IMG/VR virus record: IMGVR_UViG_3300042511_000631
Coordinates: 1-64,000 of that record
Source: a virus
DNA: 64,000 nt
Direction: 5' to 3' (one strand)
Shown: positions 48,941 to 59,254 of the stretch, in pieces
Numbering within the stretch: the stretch's first letter is position 1
Layout: every line of letters begins with the position of its first letter
The notes under the pieces: model-generated
Databases searched by the model: none
What the model was told of the DNA's origin: nothing
The model's input: only the letters and a program-made list of their open reading frames with translations
Made by a program: the position numbers and the translations under genes

Positions 48941-50163
48941 ACAACCAAGTAAAACTCATCAGTAAGATTCTTTCAGACCGAGATGTAACTTTAGTTCTTG
49001 AAAAGAATATTAACGAGTCTTGGTTTTCAGACGCCACAGATAAAAAAATATTTAAGTTTATTCAACAGCATTTTGTTAATTATCAAGAATGCCCAAGCTT
49101 AGATGTAATACTCGAGAACTTTCCAACTTTTGAGATAACACCTTGCTTAGATAGCGTTGATTATTTAATTGATCGTTTAACTCAAGATCGTCGTAAGCAA
49201 AGAATTGTTGCCACACTTGGATCAGCTCTTGAAGCACTTGAAAGAGAACAAGACCACGAATCAGCTTTACTTGCTTTACAAAATGGAATTGTAAAGTTAG
49301 AAGAGGATGGGCTTAACAGCTCTACAGATTTAGAAATTACTATTGCTGCTAAGTCAGCGGTGGAAGAGTATGAGTGGCGAAAGAATAACCCCGGGCTATT
49401 AGGACTACCTACAGGGTTTCCTACTATTGATAGGGCTACTTCTGGTTTACAGAATGGCCAGTTAATTGTAATTATTGCTCCACCAAAAACTGGTAAGTCA
49501 ACTCTTGCGTTACAGATTGCTACTAATTGTCACTTGAATAACAAAGTCCCATTGTTTTATTCGTTTGAGATGAGCAACAGCGAGCAGAAGAGTCGGTACT
49601 ACGCCATGCGTGCTCGTATTTCTCACAAGCGTTTAATGGAAGGTAACTTAACTTCGGAAGAAGAAAGTCGTTATTACCGTGTTGTTAAAGGCATTGAGAA
49701 CATGCACGATAAGTTTTGGTTTAGCGACTCCTCTGGCGGTCAGACTGTAAGCGGTGTGGCTAGCAAGATTCAAAATAAGAATCCAGATATTGTTTTTATT
49801 GACGGAACTTACTTGATGATTGATGAGCAGACTGGTGAGGCAAATACTCCTCAAGCTCTAACTAACATCACTCGTTCTTTAAAGCGTTTAGCTCAGAAGG
49901 TTAACAAGCCGATTGTTATCTCTACTCAAGTACTGGCTTGGAAGATGAAAGGTGGAAAGGTAAACGCAGACGCTATTGGTTACTCATCTTCTTTTCACCA
50001 AGATGCTGACACTATCTTTGGTTTACAGCGAGAGACTGAAGATGTCGATGACACTCGTTTACTTAAAGTTGTAGCCAGCCGTAACTCTGGACTTAGCGAA
50101 GTTTCTCTATGCTGGGACTGGGACAGCGGTCAGTTCCGTGAGCTTGGGGTTGAAGACCTATGA
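48937..50163 (+). CDS. dnaB: DnaB-like replicative helicase
   Basis: GLPTGF, APPKTGKS, SFEMS, VFIDG, QDAD. Confidence 0.92.
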   Translation: MNNQVKLISKILSDRDVTLVLEKNINESWFSDATDKKIFKFIQQHFVNYQECPSLDVILENFPTFEITPCLDSVDYLIDRLTQDRRKQRIVATLGSALEALEREQDHESALLALQNGIVKLEEDGLNSSTDLEITIAAKSAVEEYEWRKNNPGLLGLPTGFPTIDRATSGLQNGQLIVIIAPPKTGKSTLALQIATNCHLNNKVPLFYSFEMSNSEQKSRYYAMRARISHKRLMEGNLTSEEESRYYRVVKGIENMHDKFWFSDSSGGQTVSGVASKIQNKNPDIVFIDGTYLMIDEQTGEANTPQALTNITRSLKRLAQKVNKPIVISTQVLAWKMKGGKVNADAIGYSSSFHQDADTIFGLQRETEDVDDTRLLKVVASRNSGLSEVSLCWDWDSGQFRELGVEDL

Positions 50164-51089
50164 CAGTTGAAGAGATGCAAGACACCCTTACGCGTTTAGG
50201 TATGGAGAGTATTGCTGTACGCGGAGATGAAATCCAGAGCTATTGTCCAGCTCACAAAGATAGAACTGGTCGTGAAGACCGCAACCCGTCGTTTTGGATT
50301 AACTCCGACACTGGAGCTTTTATTTGTTTCTCCTGTCAGTTTAAAGGAAATGTTTACAGTTTAATTAGTTATGTAAGCGGTATTGAGTTTGATAAAGCTA
50401 AAGAATGGTTTGCTTCTCCTTCGCTTTTAGTTACTCGGTTTAACCGACTTATTGAAGAAAAGCGGGGGCCAATTGAAGAGCCAACTATTATTACTGAATC
50501 GATGCTTAGTGCTTTTGTAGACCCCCCGCAGGAAGCTTTAAACGCTAGAGGGATATCTTTAGCTGCTGCAAGAGCCTACGAGATTTGTTGGGATGCTAGA
50601 CAAGACAATTGGATTATCCCTATTCGTGATTCTAAAACTCAAAAGCTTTTAGGCTGGCAGGAGAAGGGTTACAAACAGCGTTACTTTAACAACCGCCCGG
50701 CTAAGATTAAAAAAAGCAATTCTTTATTTGGTTACAGCCAGTATGTAGGCGGGGACATGATTGTGGTTGAGTCCCCTTTAGATGTAGTGCGCTTAGCCTC
50801 AGTGGGGATTATGGGCGGGGTGGCTACTTACGGAGCTTTGATATCAGACTCTCAAGTTGGGTACTTAAGAGGAGCCGACCGATTGATCTTTGCTTTAGAT
50901 AACGACGAAGCTGGAAAGAACGCGTCTATGAAAATGCTACATACCTGTAAGGCTCTTGATATGGAAGCGTGGTTCTTTAGTTATAGCAATACGGACATGA
51001 AAGATATTGGCGGGATGAGCCTTGATGAGGTACGTTTAGGGTTAACAAACGCCAAACACTTGGTACACGGATTGAGGGCAGTTCTATGA
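50160..51089 (+). CDS. dnaG: DNA primase (Zn finger + TOPRIM)
   Basis: CPAH...CFSC, VESPLD, LDNDEAG. Confidence 0.9.
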   Translation: MTVEEMQDTLTRLGMESIAVRGDEIQSYCPAHKDRTGREDRNPSFWINSDTGAFICFSCQFKGNVYSLISYVSGIEFDKAKEWFASPSLLVTRFNRLIEEKRGPIEEPTIITESMLSAFVDPPQEALNARGISLAAARAYEICWDARQDNWIIPIRDSKTQKLLGWQEKGYKQRYFNNRPAKIKKSNSLFGYSQYVGGDMIVVESPLDVVRLASVGIMGGVATYGALISDSQVGYLRGADRLIFALDNDEAGKNASMKMLHTCKALDMEAWFFSYSNTDMKDIGGMSLDEVRLGLTNAKHLVHGLRAVL

Positions 51090-51619
51090 TTATTGGTCTT
51101 TCAGGATATGCGCGTTCGGGAAAAGACACGGTTGCTGGAATGCTAATGGGTATTCATCATTATCAGCGAGTAGCTTTTGCGGACAAGATTAAAGAAATGT
51201 TGTATGAAATTGATCCGTTAATCATGTTTAATAGGAGAGATTTTAGGTTGCAAGACATTGTTGACTACAAAGGTTGGGAAACCGCCAAGACAGAGTTTCC
51301 AGAGATTCGCCGCTTACTTCAAGACCTTGGCGTAGGCGCTCGTGACATTTTTGGAACTGACTTTTGGATTGACCAAGCTTTGCGGAAGTACAACGTTACT
51401 GAAAAGATTGTTATTACAGATGTAAGGTTTAAGAACGAAGCCGCCGCTATTAAACGGCATAAAAATGGTCAAGTATGGCGAATTAATCGTATTGGTACTG
51501 GGCCAGCAAATGACCATGTCTCTGAAATAAATATGGACGACTGGGAATTTGACGCTGTTATAAACAACGACAGCGATATGCCCAATTTGATTCGCCAGAT
51601 ACGCGCCCTGCTAGGGTAG
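51086..51619 (+). CDS. deoxynucleoside monophosphate kinase
   Basis: GLSGYARSGKDT, RRLLQDLG, ITDVRFKNE. Confidence 0.9.
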   Translation: MIIGLSGYARSGKDTVAGMLMGIHHYQRVAFADKIKEMLYEIDPLIMFNRRDFRLQDIVDYKGWETAKTEFPEIRRLLQDLGVGARDIFGTDFWIDQALRKYNVTEKIVITDVRFKNEAAAIKRHKNGQVWRINRIGTGPANDHVSEINMDDWEFDAVINNDSDMPNLIRQIRALLG

Positions 51620-51623
51620 CTCT

Positions 51624-53213
51624 ATGACATTTACAGGCACACTTCTGCCTTATCAGCCAGAGGCTGTCGATCGCATGTGCGACCGTAACAAGATGCTGGT
51701 GGCCTATGACCTAGGGCTAGGCAAAACTGTTTTAACCATTGCGGCTTTAGAACGTTTGATGGATGAGCGGAAAATACTGGAGCCAGGGCTTATTATTTGT
51801 CTTTCAAGCCTCAAATACCAGTGGCATAATCAGATTGCGAAATTTACAAATGGAACTTCAAACTCTTTGGTCATTGATGGAACGCCGAAGAAACGCACAG
51901 ATCAATACGCCGAAGCGATGGACTGGCGGAATAGCGGGGTTGATTATGTCATTCTCAACTACGAGCAAATTGTTAATGACTGGGCATACGTCAGCCAACT
52001 CCCCCGAGGATTCGTGGTACTCGACGAAGCAACAGCTATCAAATCTTTCAGATCAAAACGATCAAAAGCTGTAAAAAAGTTAGGCGACGCTCCTTTTAAA
52101 TTTGCGCTTACCGGAACTCCTATTGAAAACGGTAAACCAGAAGAGCTGTATTCAATTATGCAGTTTGTTGACCCAACCGTGCTTGGAAGGTTTGACATCT
52201 TTGATTCAACTTTTATCGTGCGCAATAACTGGGGCGCGGTTAACTACTACCGTAATCTCCCAACGCTCCATACTAAGTTAAAGGAAGCTTGCGTTCGTAA
52301 AGCGCAAAAAGATCCAGACGTAGCGCCATTCTTACCAGACTCTATCCACAAAGAGCCAGTAAAGATTGTGCTTGATCGCAAGTCAGCAAAACTTTACCGC
52401 CGTATTGCTACCGATTTATCAAATGACTTAGAGGAAGCTCAAGAGTTGTTTGGCGCATCTTTTAACGTGCTAGCGCACTACGGGTTTGAAAGCCAACGCG
52501 GTGGGCCAGAGGATGAGATCCGCGGTCGTATTATGTCCAAGGTAGGTTGTCTAAAGATGCTGTGCTCTCACCCAGATCTATTAAAGACAAGCGCTCGCAA
52601 GTTTTTATTAGAAAACAACGAGGGCTCTGCTTACGCCAATGATTTAAAACAATCTGGGGCGCTGGATGATCTTGGTCAATCTACAAAGCTTGATTACTTA
52701 ATTCAATATGTTAAAGATTTCTTAGAACAAAACGACGCTAACAAAGTAGTTATCTTTGCTACTTACGTAGATATGCTAGACATGATGGCAGAAGCGCTGG
52801 GTGTAGACCAATGTCGTTTGTACTCAGGAAAACTGAATGCCAAAACTAAGGAGGATAACAAAATTGCTTTTAACACTGACCCTAATATTCGGGTGCTTAT
52901 TTCTTCAGACGCTGGCGGTTACGGTGTGGATTTACCGGCGGCTAATCTACTCATCAACTACGACTTACCATGGTCATCAGGAGCAGCGACCCAACGCAAC
53001 GGACGAATAATGCGTGCCTCATCCACTTGGCCTTCTATCGTTATTCAAGACGTGCTGATCCAAGGATCAATTGAAGAGCGTCAGCATGAAGCGCTTCAAC
53101 ACAAGAGTGCCTTAGCAAGCGCGGTGGTGGACGGAGAGGGTATAGACGACAAAGGGGGTATTCCAATGACAGTTGGGAGCTTAACTACCTTCCTACGGGT
53201 CTCTACGGTCTGA
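51624..53213 (+). CDS. SNF2-family helicase
   Basis: DLGLGKT, LDEA, LTGTPIEN, QRNGR. Confidence 0.92.
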   Translation: MTFTGTLLPYQPEAVDRMCDRNKMLVAYDLGLGKTVLTIAALERLMDERKILEPGLIICLSSLKYQWHNQIAKFTNGTSNSLVIDGTPKKRTDQYAEAMDWRNSGVDYVILNYEQIVNDWAYVSQLPRGFVVLDEATAIKSFRSKRSKAVKKLGDAPFKFALTGTPIENGKPEELYSIMQFVDPTVLGRFDIFDSTFIVRNNWGAVNYYRNLPTLHTKLKEACVRKAQKDPDVAPFLPDSIHKEPVKIVLDRKSAKLYRRIATDLSNDLEEAQELFGASFNVLAHYGFESQRGGPEDEIRGRIMSKVGCLKMLCSHPDLLKTSARKFLLENNEGSAYANDLKQSGALDDLGQSTKLDYLIQYVKDFLEQNDANKVVIFATYVDMLDMMAEALGVDQCRLYSGKLNAKTKEDNKIAFNTDPNIRVLISSDAGGYGVDLPAANLLINYDLPWSSGAATQRNGRIMRASSTWPSIVIQDVLIQGSIEERQHEALQHKSALASAVVDGEGIDDKGGIPMTVGSLTTFLRVSTV

Positions 53214-53255
53214 TTTCACCCAATAAAAACGGTTGGGTGACATTACACTTATCTA

Positions 53256-53399
53256 ATGCCTAACGCACCTAAGACTCCAACACGCACAATACGTGTACCT
53301 GATGACCTGTGGAAAGCCGTCCAGCTTAAGGCTGCCGATCAAGGCATAACTGTCACAAGCGTCATTATTAAAGCTCTTGAGGATTATCTTAAAGATTAG
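53256..53399 (+). CDS. ribbon-helix-helix (Arc/CopG-like) DNA-binding protein (47 aa)
   Basis: RTIRVPDDLWKAVQLKAADQGITVTSVIIKALEDYL; not in the ORF track; TACACT-N6-ATG. Confidence 0.8.
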   Translation: MPNAPKTPTRTIRVPDDLWKAVQLKAADQGITVTSVIIKALEDYLKD

Positions 53400-53437
53400 T
53401 TGACAAGGGCTTGGCTGGACATTAAGTTATCAGCATG
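53400..53437 (+). promoter_or_regulatory. sigma70/SigA promoter, leaderless start
   Basis: TTGACA-17 bp-TAAGTT-6 nt-ATG. Confidence 0.8.
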
Positions 53438-53824
53438 GACATGGAAACTATAAAAAACACAGTAAAGCAATACCTTGCGCTTAAAAAAGAAGCTGACATG
53501 CTTTCAGATCGCACAGGTGAGTTAAAGAAGCGTTTGACATCAGATGTTGAAGAGTTTGGTGAAGAGAACGATCGCGGACACATCGTTTTAGATGTGGATG
53601 GCGTAACCCTAACTAAACAGCGTAAAGTATCTAAAAACTTAGATATGGACGTTGCAGAGCAGATGCTTAAAAAGCGCGGTATTTATGACCGCTGTGTAAA
53701 AATGGAGCCAGTGCTTCAAGAAAATGAAATTTTAGCGTGCGTCTACACTGGCGACTTAACTGAAGAAGACATTGACGTTATGTTCCCGTCTAAAGTTTCT
53801 TACGCATTTCTTGTGAAGGAATAA
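53435..53824 (+). CDS. hypothetical protein (N-terminal coiled coil)
   Basis: ORF with its own promoter. Confidence 0.75.
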   Translation: MDMETIKNTVKQYLALKKEADMLSDRTGELKKRLTSDVEEFGEENDRGHIVLDVDGVTLTKQRKVSKNLDMDVAEQMLKKRGIYDRCVKMEPVLQENEILACVYTGDLTEEDIDVMFPSKVSYAFLVKE

Positions 53825-54288
53825 TGGAAGATTTTATCGAGTCAGCTTTTGCTGGTTTAGATGAGTACTACCCAGGTAGTAAACGCAAGCGCAAAAAAGC
53901 TGAGCCAAAGAAGCGAGAAGTAGACCCTGATCTTACTTGGGATGCAAAACCTTTTAAAAAGAGTTTGCCTAACGGTAGCGAGATTGAGATGTTTACTATC
54001 GGCGCGGTGGCTAGCGCTTTAGGTCGTCCTGTGATTACTATTAGAACATGGATAAAGGAAGGCTACCTTCCCGCATCTCCATACAGACTTCCCTCTAAGA
54101 AAAATATTAGAGGGGAAGACCAGAAGGGGCGTAGGCTGTATTCGCGCCAGATGGTCGAGTCATTGATTACTTTGTTTGGTAAGTCTGGACTTCTATATAT
54201 AAAACGTATAGAGTGGTCAGAACATCGGCAACTAAGCAATGAAATTGCAAAAGCGTGGGAGACAATCCGCGCTGATGAAACTAAATAA
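53824..54288 (+). CDS. MerR-like HTH DNA-binding protein
   Basis: FTIGAVASALGRPVITIRTWIKEG...RRLYS. Confidence 0.8.
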   Translation: MEDFIESAFAGLDEYYPGSKRKRKKAEPKKREVDPDLTWDAKPFKKSLPNGSEIEMFTIGAVASALGRPVITIRTWIKEGYLPASPYRLPSKKNIRGEDQKGRRLYSRQMVESLITLFGKSGLLYIKRIEWSEHRQLSNEIAKAWETIRADETK

Positions 54289-54321
54289 ACATACATAAAA
54301 CTAAGAGAAAAAAGGAAACAT

Positions 54322-55014
54322 ATGTCTATCGACCGGGAAGCAACACTTGCCCCTGAGAACGATGCGTTCTCAATTTCAACTGCCGTATTGGCAGATCGCC
54401 CAGCTCAAGCAACCAGTACAGTAATTCAATCTGGTTGGGATGCAGCTGAAAAAACAATTGCACCAGTTGGGGATTATCCAACTGAGTTCAAGTTTGTTGA
54501 AAACTCCTATCAAATCATTCGGTTTATGGATCCGCCTACTCCTCCTGCAGGACCATTTGCTATCTATAAGCAACACTTTTTAAATCAAAAGACAACAGGC
54601 AAGCGTTCATACGTTTGCTTGGAAAAGAGTTGTCCACTGTGCGTTCGTTTGCAGAACAAAGCAGAGGACAAGAAGGCGTTTACTGTAATTAATTACAGTG
54701 CTGAAGGCGGCCCACAGCGACAGATTCTTGTTGCTAGCGTCAAGTTGTACAAGCAGCTTGCCGGCATTCAGCATTCAACTTCTGGCCCTCTTATCAATAA
54801 GTACTGGTCTGTTACCCGTACAGGTAAGCAACAGACTACTAACTACATTATTACCCCAATCAAACCTCGCGACCTTCTTGAAGATGCTCCACATCTTGGT
54901 CTTGACGAGGCAGCTGCGGAAGAAGTTTTCCACCAGTTCCAAGCTTATGATCGTTCCGCTATTAAAGAATCAACTTGGGACGAACTAGAGGCAGTTGCTC
55001 TATCCCTGATGTAG
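54322..55014 (+). CDS. ssDNA-binding protein (gp32-like)
   Basis: IRF, H...C...CPLC, VTRTG; position before polA. Confidence 0.65.
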   Translation: MSIDREATLAPENDAFSISTAVLADRPAQATSTVIQSGWDAAEKTIAPVGDYPTEFKFVENSYQIIRFMDPPTPPAGPFAIYKQHFLNQKTTGKRSYVCLEKSCPLCVRLQNKAEDKKAFTVINYSAEGGPQRQILVASVKLYKQLAGIQHSTSGPLINKYWSVTRTGKQQTTNYIITPIKPRDLLEDAPHLGLDEAAAEEVFHQFQAYDRSAIKESTWDELEAVALSLM

Positions 55015-55020
55015 CAAGTT

Positions 55021-55062
55021 TGAAGAGGCTAGGTTCAGGAGTGCGCCTAGCCTCTTCATTTT
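55021..55062 (+). terminator. intrinsic terminator
   Basis: TGAAGAGGCTAGG...CCTAGCCTCTTCA-TTTT. Confidence 0.8.
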
Positions 55063-55075
55063 AATTGGGAGACAA

Positions 55076-57043
55076 ATGGAACATATAATTACAACGATAG
55101 AACAACTTAACGCAATGGTTGAGCATTACATGAAACAAGACGCATTTGCTTTTGACGTTGAAACTGTTGGCGATCGCAGAGGCGTGCCAGCTGTTAACGA
55201 AGTACTTTGGATTAGCTTTGCCACACACAATCGCGGTGACGTTATTCCGTTAGGGCACCCTCATGGAGAGTTTATTAGTGAGGCTTTCCCATTGACCGGG
55301 CAAGGAGAAAAGCGTGTGCTTGCTGGTTTACAGGCAAGAGATTCTGATTACTCTAAAGATAAAAAGAAAGCACTTAAATCTTTTGGCCCAGCACCAGATC
55401 AGTTAAACCCTGCCGAAGTGTTTAAAGCGTTAGCCCCTCTATTTTTTAATGACAAGATTCTAACTATTGGCCACAACTTAGGTTTTGATTTAAGTTCTGT
55501 TGCCAAGTATTACAAAGGGCAGATTCCAAGTGGCCCTTACTTTGACACTCTTATGGGTTCTTTTCTTTACGACAACAAAAATAAAAACAAGGTTGGTCTT
55601 GATGATTGCTTAGATCGCGAGTTTGGCTACAAGATGAAAAAAGGTATTGGCCACATGGTTGAGATTTATTCATTTGATGAAGTAGCTAAGTACGCATATT
55701 TAGATGCCAAGTACACGTTTCTTTTGTGGAAAGCAATTAAACCTAAGATTGTTCAAGCAGAGGTTGATTATGTTATGAGCGTTGAAATGGACGTGTTAAA
55801 AGTGTTATGCGACATGAAGCTTACTGGCGCACCTATTGACATGGAGCAGTTACAGATTTTGTATGACAAGTTAAACATTGAGATTGAAGAAGTTAAATCC
55901 GAAATTTATAAGATTGGCGGCATCTTTAATATTAACTCAAACTCCGATAAGCAATACTTGTTGTATGGCCCAAAGGAGGAGGGCTGCCGCGGGTTGAAGC
56001 CTATGATTCTTACAGGTAAAGGCGAAAAGAACGAAGGCGCATTAAACTATAAAGACTACTCAGTTTCAGCTGAGGCGCTAGAGCCTTTCCGTGAAAAGGA
56101 CGAGTTAGTAGGAACTATTCTTAAATACTCTGACTTAAACAAATTGCTTAGCACCTACGTTATTCCATACCTAGGCGGGGAAGTAACTAAGACTACAAAC
56201 GGAAAGACTAAGACAGAGACCAAGGACAGCTTGCTAGTCAATGGTCGAATCTACGCAGATTTTATTCAATGGGGCGCAGAAACCGGTCGTTTCTCTAGCC
56301 GTAACCCTAATTTACAGAACATCCCAAACCCTTCGGTAAGCGAAAATGGTCGCGCTATCCGTAATTTATTTAAAGCACCTGCTGGGTACAAGCTAGTGGT
56401 GGCTGACTATTCACAGATTGAGCCACGCGTTATTGCTGCCATGTCACAAGATCCAATTATGTTAGACAACTATCTAACGGGCGGGGATATCTATACAACT
56501 GTAGGAAACACTATGGGGGTAGACCGTAAAGCTGGCAAGGTGTTGGTACTGGCTATGGCCTACGGCGTTGGCCCGGACAAGATAGCTAAGAGCATCGGGT
56601 GTACCGTTACAGAGGCTAGAAAGCTTCTCACAGACTTTGGGGCTAAGTTTCCAGCGGTCAATGAGTACCGCCAGTTAGTCATTGGTGTAGCCCGCAATCT
56701 AGGGTATGTGACCACAATTCTTAAGCGCCGCCGATACCTACCAGATATTAACTCTAAAGTGGTTTCGTTTCGAGCAAGCTCAGAGCGACAAGCTTTCAAC
56801 ACGCGGATCCAAGGGTCTGCTGCGGATATTATTAAACTGGCTATGGTCAGAGCGCATGAGCGTTTGCCAAAAGAGGCTAAACTAATCCTTACAGTTCACG
56901 ACGAACTGGTAGCTCTGACTCCTGATAATCTGGTGGATGAGGCTAAAGAAGCGATTAGAGATGCAATGGAAGGTTTAATTCTATTGCCAATACCTTTAAT
57001 TGCCGATATCTCTGTAGTTGAAAGGTGGGGTGATGCTAAGTGA
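55076..57043 (+). CDS. polA: family A DNA polymerase with 3'-5' exonuclease
   Basis: FDVET, HNLGFD, TGRFSSRNPNLQN, DYSQIEPR, VHDE. Confidence 0.96.
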   Translation: MEHIITTIEQLNAMVEHYMKQDAFAFDVETVGDRRGVPAVNEVLWISFATHNRGDVIPLGHPHGEFISEAFPLTGQGEKRVLAGLQARDSDYSKDKKKALKSFGPAPDQLNPAEVFKALAPLFFNDKILTIGHNLGFDLSSVAKYYKGQIPSGPYFDTLMGSFLYDNKNKNKVGLDDCLDREFGYKMKKGIGHMVEIYSFDEVAKYAYLDAKYTFLLWKAIKPKIVQAEVDYVMSVEMDVLKVLCDMKLTGAPIDMEQLQILYDKLNIEIEEVKSEIYKIGGIFNINSNSDKQYLLYGPKEEGCRGLKPMILTGKGEKNEGALNYKDYSVSAEALEPFREKDELVGTILKYSDLNKLLSTYVIPYLGGEVTKTTNGKTKTETKDSLLVNGRIYADFIQWGAETGRFSSRNPNLQNIPNPSVSENGRAIRNLFKAPAGYKLVVADYSQIEPRVIAAMSQDPIMLDNYLTGGDIYTTVGNTMGVDRKAGKVLVLAMAYGVGPDKIAKSIGCTVTEARKLLTDFGAKFPAVNEYRQLVIGVARNLGYVTTILKRRRYLPDINSKVVSFRASSERQAFNTRIQGSAADIIKLAMVRAHERLPKEAKLILTVHDELVALTPDNLVDEAKEAIRDAMEGLILLPIPLIADISVVERWGDAK

Positions 57044-57522
57044 GTTGGTTTTCTGAGTTCTTTAAAAAGCAAGATGACTTTGAAGTAGAGTATAAAGATA
57101 TACCCGCTAGCACTTTGCTACGTTGGTATATTTATGACACCTCACTTGCGGATGAAAACGGTACAGCGGAGTTTATGGGGTTAAGCAGGGTTAGCCAAGA
57201 AGGCGATGAGAAAGAACGCGAAGATAGCGATCGTCGTTTAATTGACTCTAAGTTTTTATTTCCATACATTGACTACATCTCTAGTATTAGCTCAGACGTG
57301 GTAACTTCTGTGCAGTTAAGAGATTTAGCAGACAGCACGGATCAAGCAACAAAAGCTTTATCTGAAGAGTTAGCTGTAGATTTAGAAGTAATGCGAAAAG
57401 TGTACAAAGCTGTAGCCGCATCTACATTGTTGGGCGCGTTTTCAATAGCTTTACATGTAGGTTTGATTGATGCTGGAACCGTAGTACTATCTGAAACTGA
57501 CGAAGGAGATATTTATGAGTAG
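57040..57522 (+). CDS. hypothetical protein
   Basis: Coupled ORF. Confidence 0.7.
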   Translation: MSWFSEFFKKQDDFEVEYKDIPASTLLRWYIYDTSLADENGTAEFMGLSRVSQEGDEKEREDSDRRLIDSKFLFPYIDYISSISSDVVTSVQLRDLADSTDQATKALSEELAVDLEVMRKVYKAVAASTLLGAFSIALHVGLIDAGTVVLSETDEGDIYE

Positions 57523-57871
57523 CAATTGGTGGGCAAATAAACTAGGAACACCCGCACCGGCAGTTGCGCCTCAACAACCGCAACCAGTGCTACAACAACA
57601 GCTTCAGTACCAGCAACCGCAGGCACAGTATCCGCCTTCACAACAGCTGCAGTTGCCGGCACGTTGCCCAGGTTGCGGTAGTGGAAACTACGGCGGTACA
57701 GCTGAGAGCAGAGCTCGTTGTTATGACTGCGGTTACCCTATACAACAATCAGGTAGTGGAGTAGGCACCGGTATTGTTGGTCAAGGTGGTCAGGCATCCG
57801 GGCCCGCAACTCCAGCTACACAAGTAGCAGTTGGCGGCTTTAACCCAACAACAATCATTGGACACATTTAA
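57515..57871 (+). CDS. Gln/Pro-rich Zn-ribbon protein
   Basis: CPGC...CYDCGY. Confidence 0.7.
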   Translation: MSSNWWANKLGTPAPAVAPQQPQPVLQQQLQYQQPQAQYPPSQQLQLPARCPGCGSGNYGGTAESRARCYDCGYPIQQSGSGVGTGIVGQGGQASGPATPATQVAVGGFNPTTIIGHI

Positions 57872-58923
57872 TGAATATTACAGGCGAACTAGCAAAAGTA
57901 TTTAGCGACATTAACAAGAAGTATGGATCTGACACTATTGTTTTAGGATCAGACATTAGAGAAGATTTATTAGATCGTTTGACTACTGGCTCATTAGCTA
58001 TTGACATGGCTCTAGGCGGCGGGTGGCCGATTAACCAATGGCATGAGATCATTGGGGAAGCTAGTAATGGTAAGACGGCACTTGCGCTAAAGACTATTGC
58101 TGCTAATCAAAAGCGAGATCCAGAATTTACCACTGTCTGGGTTGCCGCTGAGCAGTGGGTACCTAAGTACGCAGAGATGTGCGGGGTTGACACCTCAAAG
58201 ATTTATGTAATTTCTACCAATTTAATGGAGGAAGCTTATGAAGCGGTTATTCGCATCGCTGAAAGCAAGGCTGTTGATTGCATTGTTGTTGACTCCCTTC
58301 CTGCTCTGGTTCCTGGCGCAGAAAATGATAAAGACATGGGAGAATTTACAGTGGGAAGAGGAGCTCTACTAACCAATACGTTTTTCCGTAAGGTTGGAAT
58401 GGCTTCAAAGCGCAGCTTAACTGAGCATGAGCGCCCTTTTATTGGGTTAATGATTAACCAATGGCGTTCAAAGATTGGCGTTATGTACGGGGATCCTCGT
58501 ACGACCCCGGGCGGTTTGGGCAAGGACTACGCGTTCTTTACCCGCATTGAAGTTAAACGCGATGAATGGATTGAAGAAGGAACTGGCCAAGAGAAAAGAA
58601 AGATCGGGCAGTCAATTAAAGTTAGAGTAATGAAGAACAAGTCAGCTCCCCCATCACAAGTAGCCGTTGTTGATTTTTACTTTTCTGATGGGAAGGCCGC
58701 TAAAGCTGGAGAGTTTGACTTTGCCAAAGAGATATTGTCTATCGGCATTCTGAATAAAGTCATCACACGTGCAGGTGCCTATTATCGTTATGCCGATAGA
58801 CAATGGCAAGGATCCGATGCTATGCTTAGCACTATTCGGGAAGAGTTAGACTTGAAAGAAGCCCTTGAACGTGAAGTACTGGATTCCATTAAAGCGGGAT
58901 CTAAGTTCGTTTATGAAGAGTAA
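57871..58923 (+). CDS. recA: RecA-like recombinase
   Basis: TGSLAIDMALGGG, GEASNGKT, VVDS, NQWR.KIG...TPGG. Confidence 0.95.
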   Translation: MNITGELAKVFSDINKKYGSDTIVLGSDIREDLLDRLTTGSLAIDMALGGGWPINQWHEIIGEASNGKTALALKTIAANQKRDPEFTTVWVAAEQWVPKYAEMCGVDTSKIYVISTNLMEEAYEAVIRIAESKAVDCIVVDSLPALVPGAENDKDMGEFTVGRGALLTNTFFRKVGMASKRSLTEHERPFIGLMINQWRSKIGVMYGDPRTTPGGLGKDYAFFTRIEVKRDEWIEEGTGQEKRKIGQSIKVRVMKNKSAPPSQVAVVDFYFSDGKAAKAGEFDFAKEILSIGILNKVITRAGAYYRYADRQWQGSDAMLSTIREELDLKEALEREVLDSIKAGSKFVYEE

Positions 58924-59254
58924 GGGTCAAATAGAGTCAAAGAAGCATGAGGTACGGCTAGCCAAGGAGATTGGCGGAACGCGTAATGCGGGAAGCGGAT
59001 CGTTTTGGAGTCGTAAAGGTGATGTCCGCAGTAGCGATCTACTTATTGAACATAAGTGGACGGGCAAAGCTTCCTTCACTGTCAAAGCGACAGTTTTGGA
59101 AAAGATTGTTAGAGAAGCAATTCTTGACAATCGGACGCCTGTCCTCGGCTTCAGTCTCAATAATGAAAATTATGTGATGCTCACTGAAGATGATTTTCTG
59201 GAACTACGCCAGAATCTTCAGGAGTGTACTTGTACCAAGACAACGAGCACGTAG
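58913..59254 (+). CDS. PD-(D/E)XK resolvase-like nuclease
   Basis: HE..LA, GSG, GDV, IEHK. Confidence 0.75.
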   Translation: MKSKGQIESKKHEVRLAKEIGGTRNAGSGSFWSRKGDVRSSDLLIEHKWTGKASFTVKATVLEKIVREAILDNRTPVLGFSLNNENYVMLTEDDFLELRQNLQECTCTKTTST

